The position numbers were made by a program, and so were the translations under genes. Positions 44,113-51,796 of a stretch of 64,000 nt of DNA are shown piece by piece. This DNA comes from an uncultured Pseudomonadota bacterium. GTDB lineage: Bacteria > Pseudomonadota > Gammaproteobacteria > Burkholderiales > SG8-39. The notes under the pieces were generated by a model. It ran no database searches. It was given only the letters and a program-made list of their open reading frames with translations, and was not told the DNA's origin. How positions within the stretch are numbered: the stretch's first letter is position 1; the number at the start of each line of letters is the position of its first letter. Location of the stretch: assembly GCA_963739205.1 (NCBI GenBank), contig CAVTZJ010000005.1:851819-915818 (forward strand), given 5' to 3'.

Positions 44113-44256
44113 GCGGCAAGCATAGCGGACAACCGAGGCTCAGCGCGCGGCGCCCGAGCCGGCCGACAGGCTGCCGCCGCGGCCTTGCGCGCGGCTCAAT
44201 GGAGCGTGTGCTACCTTTCTGCGGGGCGTTTGACGCACGGCAAAGGGACCGCGCGA

Positions 44257-45246
44257 TTGAAGGTTTCGATCCTTGATGACTACTTTGACACCCTGCGGAC
44301 GCTGGACTGCTTCCGCAAGCTGTCGGGTCACGACGTCGCGATCTCGAACGATCACGTCCAGGACATCGAGACGCTATCGGGCAGATTGCGCGACACCGAG
44401 GCGCTGGTTTTGATTCGGGAGCGCACCGCGATCCGCGCCCCTCTGCTAGATCGGCTACCGAAGCTTCGGCTCATCAGCCAACGCAGCGTCTACCCGCACA
44501 TCGATGTCGCGGCCTGCACGCGGCTCGGCATCGTCGTTTCGTCGAGCCAGCACCCGGGTACGCCCTCGTACGCTGCCGCCGAGCTCACCTGGGCTCTGGT
44601 GCTGGCGGCGATGCGCCAGCTCCCGCAGCAGATGGCCGCGCTCAAGGCAGGAAAATGGCAGATCGGCGTCGGTCACGGCCTGCGCGGCAAGACGCTCGGC
44701 ATCCACGGCTACGGCAGGATCGGCGCGGCGGTCGCGGCTTACGGCAAGGCGTTCGGAATGGACGTCCTGGTGTGGGCGCGCGCGGCCTCGCGCGAGCGCG
44801 CACGCCGCGACGGCTGGCCCGTGGCCGCCAGCAAGGAAGTATTCTTCGCGCGCTGCGACGTGCTGTCGCTGCACATGCGGCTAGTCGATGCCACGCGCGG
44901 CATCGTTACCGCGACCGACCTGGCGTGCATGAAGCCGAGCGCGCTGTTGGTAAACACCAGTCGCGCCCCGCTCATAGAACCGGGCGCGCTCGTGGCGGCG
45001 CTCAAGGCCGGGCGGCCCGGCATGGCCGCGGTGGACGTGTACGAGAAGGAGCCGTTGCGCGATCCCGACGATCCATTACTCGCGCTGGACAACGTCGTTT
45101 GCACGCCGCACATTGGCTACGTGACATTCGAAGAGTACGAGATCCAGTTCGCCGACATCTTCGACCAGATCGTCGCCTATGCCGCCGGTGCGCCGACCAA
45201 CGTCGTCAATCCCGAAGTGCTGCAGTCCCCTGCGCTGCGCAGCTAG
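44257..45246 (+). CDS. D-2-hydroxyacid dehydrogenase family protein
   Basis: ILDDY, IRERT, GYGRIG, NTSR, DVY and TPHIGY. Start placed at TTG 44257; the longer ORF-track call is an antisense artefact. Confidence 0.9.
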   Translation: MKVSILDDYFDTLRTLDCFRKLSGHDVAISNDHVQDIETLSGRLRDTEALVLIRERTAIRAPLLDRLPKLRLISQRSVYPHIDVAACTRLGIVVSSSQHPGTPSYAAAELTWALVLAAMRQLPQQMAALKAGKWQIGVGHGLRGKTLGIHGYGRIGAAVAAYGKAFGMDVLVWARAASRERARRDGWPVAASKEVFFARCDVLSLHMRLVDATRGIVTATDLACMKPSALLVNTSRAPLIEPGALVAALKAGRPGMAAVDVYEKEPLRDPDDPLLALDNVVCTPHIGYVTFEEYEIQFADIFDQIVAYAAGAPTNVVNPEVLQSPALRS

Positions 45247-45261
45247 GATGGTTAGAGGCGG

Positions 45262-45903
45262 CTACCGCGCCGGGAAGCCGACCGTCTGCGCGAGGATGAT
45301 ACGCTGCTCGCGTCGCAGCCGCATGGCGGGAGCGAGCCGCTTGCGGTCGACGAGGCCGCGCACGACGGTCGCGAGGCCCGCCGCTGCGCAGTAGAGGTAG
45401 ACGTTCTGCGCGATCACCGCGGCATCGCAAGCAGCGAAGAACAGCCGGTCGTCGTCGCTCGCTTCCGACATGCGCGCGAAATCGGCGACATAGACGAGGT
45501 TGACGGGCGCAACGCCGACGAAGTCCTGCACGCCGGTCAGCGCGCGCAGGTCCTGTTCCACTGTCATTTCGAGCGCGTGTGCCGCGGCGTCGAAGCGGTA
45601 AAGCCCTTCGGCAAGCGCGGCATAGACACCGATCTCCTGCCAGCCGTGTGCTGAGGGCGCAGTCCGGCCGCCGCCGCGTGGCCGGTTCACGCCGAAGCCT
45701 GCCCACAACAGGGAGGAAAGAGTCTCCGCTGGCAAGGGCTTCACTGTGAACTCGCGCATGCTGCGGCGCGCCTTCAGCGCGTCAATCAGATCACATCCGA
45801 CGTTTGCCACAGGCCGAGGAAGCGCGATCCGTGATTGGCCCTTTGCAAGAACAGCGCTTGGCATCATGAGCATCACCTCCAGGAATCTCCGACGGTCTAG
45901 CAC
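45262..45903 (-). CDS. SagB/ThcOx-type nitroreductase family protein
   Basis: ARRSMREF, RTAPSA and IAQNVYL. N-terminal RRRFL is Tat-like. The start is approximate. Confidence 0.8.
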   Translation of the reverse strand: MLDRRRFLEVMLMMPSAVLAKGQSRIALPRPVANVGCDLIDALKARRSMREFTVKPLPAETLSSLLWAGFGVNRPRGGGRTAPSAHGWQEIGVYAALAEGLYRFDAAAHALEMTVEQDLRALTGVQDFVGVAPVNLVYVADFARMSEASDDDRLFFAACDAAVIAQNVYLYCAAAGLATVVRGLVDRKRLAPAMRLRREQRIILAQTVGFPAR

Positions 45904-45974
45904 GGGCAGTACACACCTCACGCCGATCTCGAAAAGCGTATGCTTTGCTGCGATCGACGACTTGATCCCACGCA

Positions 45975-46337
45975 ATGTCGCTTCAGGAATCCGCCGGGGA
46001 CGCTCCAAGGCTGAAGAGGCGCCTGCAGCTCGCGTCTGGCCTCATCCTGGTGCTTGGACTGTGCGCCGCCGTGCTCATCTATCGTGCCGCCGACGCAGGC
46101 GCGGACGAGGCGGTCACCTACGAAATCATCAACGGTCAGGCATATTCCGTAGCACCTACTGATTCCAAGATGTACAACCGTGAACTCGAGCGTATCGGTG
46201 GCAAGGCCGCGCTGCTATTCGCCGATTTCGACCGCTGGTTCGCCGGCCTCTGGAGGGGAAGATCGCTCGCCTTCACCGTGGCGTTCCTCGCCGCCACCAC
46301 TTCCGCCGGGCTCTTTCTCATCGCCCGCCGCTGCTAG
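45975..46337 (+). CDS. Small hypothetical membrane protein (2 TM)
   Basis: Two hydrophobic segments; fills the intergenic space. Confidence 0.6.
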   Translation: MSLQESAGDAPRLKRRLQLASGLILVLGLCAAVLIYRAADAGADEAVTYEIINGQAYSVAPTDSKMYNRELERIGGKAALLFADFDRWFAGLWRGRSLAFTVAFLAATTSAGLFLIARRC

Positions 46338-46349
46338 ATCAGCGCGGGC

Positions 46350-47060
46350 TCAACTGTGTAGCCCGAGCCTTGCAAGCGCGCGCCGCATTTCGGCGCTCCA
46401 GCCGCGGTTCGCCGCGGGGCTCGCCGGACTAGGGTGGGGAATACGGCCGATGGTCACCGGCAAGCCGGCCAGCGCCTCGGCCGCGCGCGCTGCGGCGAAC
46501 ACGCCGATGCCGACGACATAACGCGGTGCCAGCTGCGTCACGCTCGCACGTAAAGCGCGATCGCAAATCGCGAACAATCGGGCGCGCTCGGTACGCGGAA
46601 GCTTGTCAGGCGTGCGGTTGCGCCCGCTCGCCTCGAGGAAGGCGAGCGGACAATAGTTCGCCACGAAAAACTTTTTGAAGAATCTTTCCGGGATGCCGAA
46701 GTCCTCGCGCGCCCAGCCCCACAGGCGCCGGCCGCTCACCTCGCCGCGCGGACAGGAGAATCCCGTCACGCGCCGCTTAGGATGCTCGCGCGCCGGCCGG
46801 CCGACCGGCGTCTCGATGCGCAGCCACTCGCGAACCATGCGCACGTCGCCGAAGGGCACGCCGGTCTGCACCATGCCGAACGGACCGGGATTCATGCCGA
46901 GCAGCAGCACCTCGGGCCGCCCCGCGCCGTAGAGCTCGAGATAGCGCCGGTGCGCGGACCAGGCGTACTGCAGAGGGTTGTAGACGTACGCTACCGGGGC
47001 CGCAAAGTGCAATGCCCCCGCCTCCCGGCCGAGCTTGCGGGCGATCGCTACGAGTTGCAT
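46350..47060 (-). CDS. SMUG1-type (family 3) uracil-DNA glycosylase
   Basis: GMNPGPFGMVQTGVPFG, EVSGRR, NYCPL and HPSPASP. Confidence 0.9.
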   Translation of the reverse strand: MQLVAIARKLGREAGALHFAAPVAYVYNPLQYAWSAHRRYLELYGAGRPEVLLLGMNPGPFGMVQTGVPFGDVRMVREWLRIETPVGRPAREHPKRRVTGFSCPRGEVSGRRLWGWAREDFGIPERFFKKFFVANYCPLAFLEASGRNRTPDKLPRTERARLFAICDRALRASVTQLAPRYVVGIGVFAAARAAEALAGLPVTIGRIPHPSPASPAANRGWSAEMRRALARLGLHS

Positions 47061-47113
47061 GCCGCATTCTAGCGATGCTTCCGCGGCGCGGCGGGATGCG
47101 CGACACTCGGGCC

Positions 47114-47929
47114 ATGTTGACGCCCAAGCACCCTCTTGACGCCGCCACGCACCTCGAGCCCCTCGCCGCCGGCCTCTATCGCGGCCACACTTCTGCGGAT
47201 TACGCGAACATGGTCGGACCGTTCGGCGGCGTCATCGCCGCGACGCTGCTGAACGCGGCGTTGCAGCATCCGGGGCGCCAGGGCGACCCGATCGCACTCA
47301 CGGTCAACTACGCTGGACCGCTCGCGGACGGCGGGTACACCGTGGAAGCGAGTCCCGTGCGCACCAACCGCTCGACGCAGCACTGGCTGCTCGTCATGAA
47401 GCAGGAGGAGCAGATCGCTGCCACGGCAAGCGCGGTGCTCGCGTCTCGCCGAGAAACCTGGTCCGCGCTCGAGGCGCGTTTTCCCGATGTCCCCGCTGCG
47501 TATGAGCTGCCGGTGGAGCCGAACCTCGAGCGGGCGCCCTGGACGCGCAGCTACGAAATGCGCTTCGTCGACGGCGCGGTGCGGCTCTCCTCGCCCGCAC
47601 GCCAGGAAGGCAACTCGAGGAGCACACTCTGGATCCGCGATGCCCCGCCGCGGCCGCTCGACTTCGTGTCCTTGGTCGCGATCTGCGACGCATTTTTCCC
47701 ACGCCTCTTCGTGCGCCGCCCGGTCTGGGCGCCGATCGGTACGGTCTCGTTCACGACCTATTTCCATGCCGATGCGGCGCAGCTTGCCGGAAACGGAGAA
47801 GCGCCGGTGCTGGGCACTGCGCGCGCGCAGCAGTTCCGCAACGGCTACTTCGACCAGACGGCGGAAGTGTGGAGCGAGAAAGCCGCCCTGCTCGCCACTT
47901 CGCATCAGATCGTCTACTACAAGGAGTAG
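47114..47929 (+). CDS. Thioesterase family protein (TesB-like double hotdog)
   Basis: GPFGG, RTNRSTQHW, DAFFP and GYFDQ. Confidence 0.82.
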   Translation: MLTPKHPLDAATHLEPLAAGLYRGHTSADYANMVGPFGGVIAATLLNAALQHPGRQGDPIALTVNYAGPLADGGYTVEASPVRTNRSTQHWLLVMKQEEQIAATASAVLASRRETWSALEARFPDVPAAYELPVEPNLERAPWTRSYEMRFVDGAVRLSSPARQEGNSRSTLWIRDAPPRPLDFVSLVAICDAFFPRLFVRRPVWAPIGTVSFTTYFHADAAQLAGNGEAPVLGTARAQQFRNGYFDQTAEVWSEKAALLATSHQIVYYKE

Positions 47930-47939
47930 CACTGAAATG

Positions 47940-47965
47940 AAAAAGGGGCCGCATCGTGCGGCCCC
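47940..47965 (-). terminator. Rho-independent terminator downstream of pal
   Basis: GGGGCCGCA/TGCGGCCCC stem with a U-tract on the minus strand, between convergent genes. Confidence 0.75.
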
Positions 47966-47993
47966 CGGATCCGCGTGCTACCGGCGCTTCGCG

Positions 47994-48515
47994 CTACTCG
48001 TGTGTATAGACGATGTCGCTGCGCCGGTTTTGCGCCCAGGCTTGCTCGTCGTGCCCTTGGGCGCGCGGCTTCTCCTCGCCCCAGCTCACCGTCTCGATGC
48101 GCGAGTCGGCCACCCCCAGCAGCGCCAGCGCCTTCCTCACTCCGTCGGCGCGCCGCTGCCCAAGCGCCAGGTTGTACTCCCGGCTGCCGCGCTCGTCGCA
48201 GTTGCCCGCGATCCTCACCGTCGCCTGCGCGTGATCGCGCAGGTACCCCGCGTGCGCCTCGATCATCGGCCGGTACTCGGACTTGATCTCGGACTTGTCG
48301 AAGTCGTAGTACACGCTGCGCTTGGCCAGGATGCTGTTCGGATCGTGCAGCGGGTTCCCCGCCACGCCGCCCGGGCTCACCGCGCCGGCCTGCGGCTGCT
48401 GCCCGGCCCCTGCGGCGGGCTGCGCCCCCGGCTGCGCCTCTTCCTTGGTCTGCTGGCCCGCGCAAGCGCCGAGCAACAAAATCGACGATGCGATAAGCAA
48501 GGTTCTAATTTTCAT
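47994..48515 (-). CDS. pal: Peptidoglycan-associated lipoprotein
   Basis: Lipobox LGAC, YYDFDKS, GNCDERGSREYNLALGQRRA and NRR. Confidence 0.9.
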   Translation of the reverse strand: MKIRTLLIASSILLLGACAGQQTKEEAQPGAQPAAGAGQQPQAGAVSPGGVAGNPLHDPNSILAKRSVYYDFDKSEIKSEYRPMIEAHAGYLRDHAQATVRIAGNCDERGSREYNLALGQRRADGVRKALALLGVADSRIETVSWGEEKPRAQGHDEQAWAQNRRSDIVYTHE

Positions 48516-48600
48516 CGTGCCCCTCCCGTACGTAACGCCTCGATCAAAATGGAACGGCCTGCGCCGCCTCTCGACCGGGCAGCGCAGGCCGGTTGTACTG

Positions 48601-49089
48601 CTAGAGCTGGCGCGGCTTGAGCGCGCGCAGGTGGAATTTGCCGTGTTTATCGATGAGCCAGGTTTCCGTGACCTCGACCATGCCGCCCCGCAGCCATGTC
48701 TGGGGAGGCGCGGGTAGCTCGCCTGCATGATGCAGGGTCGTGCGAGCGATGCGGTCGGCTTCTGCTTCGGGCGAGCGCCAGGTGCGCACATTGTGCACCC
48801 CGCCGTTTCTGTCTACGTCGAACCGCAAGATGACGATCGCACGCAGCAGCGGCTGCAGATCGCCCTTGATCGTCCTGTCGGGGTTTGCGTCGAAAATACG
48901 CTTCGCGACCGCAGCCTCGTACTGCTGCATCGAAGCGTATTGCGACCTGGGGGCCCGCTCGACCACCCGCGGTGCCGGTGCGACGGCGACCGGCTGAGGC
49001 GGCGTCTGAACGGTCGTGCACGCAGCGGCCAGCGCCCCGAACAGGACGGCGGCGGTGGCTCGTGCGGTGTAAGTGCGACGCGAATTCAT
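48601..49089 (-). CDS. Lipoprotein with TonB/TolA C-terminal-like domain
   Basis: Lipobox AAAC, Pro-rich linker, VILRFDVDRNG and LPAPP. Confidence 0.65.
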   Translation of the reverse strand: MNSRRTYTARATAAVLFGALAAACTTVQTPPQPVAVAPAPRVVERAPRSQYASMQQYEAAVAKRIFDANPDRTIKGDLQPLLRAIVILRFDVDRNGGVHNVRTWRSPEAEADRIARTTLHHAGELPAPPQTWLRGGMVEVTETWLIDKHGKFHLRALKPRQL

Positions 49090-49299
49090 GGCGATCCCCC
49101 TAAGGATATTTGAACGGCCCAATGATCAGCAAATCGCTTGCCGTACGCCAGGTTATTTTTCACGCCTCGTGCAGTTTCTCGATCGCCTTTTTGAACGGCC
49201 TGACCGCGGCGAGGCGCAAACGGCGGAACTTTGCCACGCCGGTCCCGCAAACTTGCCACCTGCCGGCCGGTATTATGCAAGAGAAGCCTGAAGAACCAC

Positions 49300-49773
49300 A
49301 TGCCCCGAGGGAAGTCATCCAGAAGGTCTCGCGCAACTGCGACCGCATTGGCTCTGCTGGCGGCGTGCAGCGGCGCCGAGGCGCAGCAACTGCCAAGCGC
49401 GATCGAGCTGCGCGCCACTTATTGCGTCGCGGTCCTGCAGTATCAACTGGCCCTATTCAACAGCATGCCGCCGGACACCCCGGCGGAGATCCAGAGCGGG
49501 ATCCTCGAGGAAAAGGAGCGCGTTTCGTCCAATCTGCACCGTCTGCAGCGCTTCCTCACGCCACGCGTCCCACACCTGGAGCCCGCGAGCCTTGCGCTCG
49601 CGCTTGATGCCGGAGACCAGGACGCGGAGCGCGCCACGCAAGAGGCCGCACGTTGCGTTGACCGCTGCGAGGACGAGGGTGATGCGGGTGCCTGCGTGCA
49701 TCAATGCCGCGAGCAGTCCGCGGTCATTACACGCGTTCGGCTCTGCGACGATACGTCCTGGTACCCGCTCTGA
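49300..49773 (+). CDS. Exported Cys-rich hypothetical protein
   Basis: Signal-like N-terminus, with CxxxC...CxxxC and further Cys residues in the mature part. Confidence 0.6.
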   Translation: MPRGKSSRRSRATATALALLAACSGAEAQQLPSAIELRATYCVAVLQYQLALFNSMPPDTPAEIQSGILEEKERVSSNLHRLQRFLTPRVPHLEPASLALALDAGDQDAERATQEAARCVDRCEDEGDAGACVHQCREQSAVITRVRLCDDTSWYPL

Positions 49774-49776
49774 GGA

Positions 49777-50661
49777 TCAGTGCGGCCTGGCCACGCGAAA
49801 ACCGACGACGGCGTAACGCCCCGAGCCGTCGTGCACCTCGCGCTCGGCGCTGCGAACGGTAGATGCGCTGCAGTTCCATGAGCCACCGCGCAAGACATGG
49901 TCCACACAGCTGCCCGAAACCCAGGCGCTCCCGTCCGTCGGCGCGCCTTCATAGCTCCGGTGCCAGCAGTCCTGCGTCCATTGCCAGGCATTGCCGTGCA
50001 TGTCGTAGAGGCCGAAAGCATTCGGCGGAAAGCTACCCGCGGGCGAGGTAGTTAGCCAGCGGTCCTTACCCTCTGTTGCGGGCTGGCAACACGGCTCCTC
50101 ACCGAAGTTCGCGTGATCGTGGCTCGCCTCGGCGCCCCAGGGATATGCGCTGAGCGTCCCGGCGCGCGCGGCGTACTCCCATTCGGCTTCGGCAAGAAGC
50201 CTGTACGCGTGGCCGGTCTTTCGGCTGAGCCAGGCGGCGTAGGCCGCTGCGTCGTCCACGTTCATGCACACGACCGGGTCGCGCTCCGTCTGCTTGAACC
50301 CCGGCCTGCGCCAGTCGGCCTTGCGATCGTCGATCCAGCCGCCCGGTCTCCGGATTAGGCACCCTGGGCCGGCGCGGTAGCCAGACTCCTGCACGAAGCG
50401 CGCAAATTCCGCGCGCGTTACCAGGTATCTGCCGACTGCAAAACCATGCGCGAACGTGACTCGGTGCTGCGGGCCTTCGTCGGGAAACCTTCCCGGCTCA
50501 GTTGTCGGCGAGCCCATTACGAAACTGCCTGCCGGGACGACCACCATCTCGGGACAATGGTCGCAATCGCGGAAGGTCGCGCCGGGCGGCATGTCGGAGC
50601 CGAACCCCGCGGCGCACGCCGCAAGCTGAATCGCCAGCGCAAGTGCGGCGAGCGGCTTCAT
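49777..50661 (-). CDS. Formylglycine-generating enzyme (SUMF1/FGE-sulfatase) domain protein
   Basis: FRDCDHCPEM, EAEWEYAAR, NAFGLYDMHGN, RGGSW and GFRVAR. Confidence 0.9.
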   Translation of the reverse strand: MKPLAALALAIQLAACAAGFGSDMPPGATFRDCDHCPEMVVVPAGSFVMGSPTTEPGRFPDEGPQHRVTFAHGFAVGRYLVTRAEFARFVQESGYRAGPGCLIRRPGGWIDDRKADWRRPGFKQTERDPVVCMNVDDAAAYAAWLSRKTGHAYRLLAEAEWEYAARAGTLSAYPWGAEASHDHANFGEEPCCQPATEGKDRWLTTSPAGSFPPNAFGLYDMHGNAWQWTQDCWHRSYEGAPTDGSAWVSGSCVDHVLRGGSWNCSASTVRSAEREVHDGSGRYAVVGFRVARPH

Positions 50662-50685
50662 CGGCCGCATGGTAACCGGTCCGGC

Positions 50686-51468
50686 TCAACCCGTAGCTGC
50701 CAGACGCGCGAAAAGTCGCTTCATCGAATCTACCCGCGCCAGGTAGCGGGCGGCGTCGTGATCTCCGCAGCGCTGCCCGGGCAACAGGCGGAAACCGCGC
50801 CTGGCGTAGGCCTCGCCCGCCGCCGCGCCGCACACGTGGATCACGGCGGCCAGATCCTGCTTCTGCCCGAGCGTAGCGCGGACGCCCGGCCGGCGAGCAA
50901 GCGCGTCGGCGACACGATGATCGAGCAAGGCCGAAGTCATCTCTACAGCATCGCTCGGCACGACGCGCAGGTATAAGCTGTTGAACCAGCACGAGCGCCA
51001 CTTGTGCCATGGGCCGTCCTCGGCCACGGCGTGATCGTGAATGCAGAAGCGCTTCGCGTCGCGGAACGTCGCGTCGGTGATTTGGTACATCCCGACCGCG
51101 CTCGACGCCGGGCGGTAAACGTCGAAGGGCTCCGCCGTCAGGCGCCAGCGCCAGTAGGTGCGCGCCACGGGGTTCCCGGCCGCCTCGACCTGCGCGAGCG
51201 CCGCGAGAAACTCCGGCGTGATCACGGCAGTGGCGTTCTCGCGGAAAAGCGGCGCGTACGCCCTCCAGGTCTCCTGGGGCGTCTTGGACAGCGCGCCGCT
51301 CACCGGGAAGAACAGCTCTGCCGGCTTGCGCACAGCCTGATATGTCCAGTTGACCGCGAACGCGAGCGCGATGAGCGCAAGCACGGCGACGCCGGCCTGG
51401 ATACTCTGCGGCGCAACCCTTAGCGCGCGCCATGCGCGGCGCAAACGGCGGAAACGACGGCGGCGCAT
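50686..51468 (-). CDS. Lytic transglycosylase-like (SLT) membrane-anchored protein
   Basis: N-terminal TM helix, AALAQVEAAGNP (catalytic Glu) and AVGMYQI. Confidence 0.7.
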   Translation of the reverse strand: MRRRRFRRLRRAWRALRVAPQSIQAGVAVLALIALAFAVNWTYQAVRKPAELFFPVSGALSKTPQETWRAYAPLFRENATAVITPEFLAALAQVEAAGNPVARTYWRWRLTAEPFDVYRPASSAVGMYQITDATFRDAKRFCIHDHAVAEDGPWHKWRSCWFNSLYLRVVPSDAVEMTSALLDHRVADALARRPGVRATLGQKQDLAAVIHVCGAAAGEAYARRGFRLLPGQRCGDHDAARYLARVDSMKRLFARLAATG

Positions 51469-51495
51469 GCGCCGAGACTGTACCCCCGAAATGAC

Positions 51496-51523
51496 GAAGG
51501 GGTTGCATGGATGCAACCCCTTC
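51496..51523. terminator. Hairpin downstream of the tRNA fragment (original tRNA terminator)
   Basis: Perfect 13-bp inverted repeat GAAGGGGTTGCAT-GG-ATGCAACCCCTTC, 7 bp past the CCA end. Confidence 0.7.
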
Positions 51524-51530
51524 TTTTGAC

Positions 51531-51575
51531 TGGCGCGCCCGGCAGGATTTGAACCCACGACCCCCTGGTTCGTAG
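51531..51575 (-). mobile_element. att site: 3' half of tRNA-Arg(ACG)
   Basis: Minus strand reads CTACGAACCAGGGGGTCGTGGGTTCAAATCCTGCCGGGCGCGCCA, i.e. anticodon loop, T-arm, acceptor 3' strand and CCA. There is no D-arm or 5' acceptor strand upstream. Confidence 0.88.
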
Positions 51576-51603
51576 ATTACGAACTAGAAATCGACAGACG
51601 CAA

Positions 51604-51667
51604 TTTCAACAACTTAGGGGCGACCGTCCGTTGCCCTTCTGCACGACTCTGCACAACAGAGCACGAC
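51604..51667 (+). promoter_or_regulatory. IHF-like site plus three 10-bp phased GCACRAC repeats (att arm)
   Basis: TTTCAACAACTTA has 1 mismatch to WATCAANNNNTTR. GCACGAC, GCACAAC and GCACGAC start at 51641, 51651 and 51661. Confidence 0.55.
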
Positions 51668-51796
51668 TAATCTGGGCAAATATCGGGCGGCGTTTCTATC
51701 CGCGATGGACAGCAGGAACCTCGCTGAGCCTATCGACCGGCGCCTCAAATGCTGCCAAGAGTGATGACCCGGTCGCAGATTGCTGCCGTTCAAATT

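Noticed and set aside
42631-44256. Apparent 871-aa fusion ORF ending in a D-2-hydroxyacid dehydrogenase
   Set aside because: The N-terminal ~540 codons are antisense to the P450; the real gene starts at about 44257.
46350-47060. SMUG1 as a eukaryote-derived novelty
   Set aside because: Family 3 UDGs are already known from several bacterial lineages, and codon style here matches the host.
51531-51607. Intact tRNA-Arg gene
   Set aside because: Sequence 5' of the anticodon loop cannot form a D-arm or pair with the acceptor stem; only the 3' half is present.
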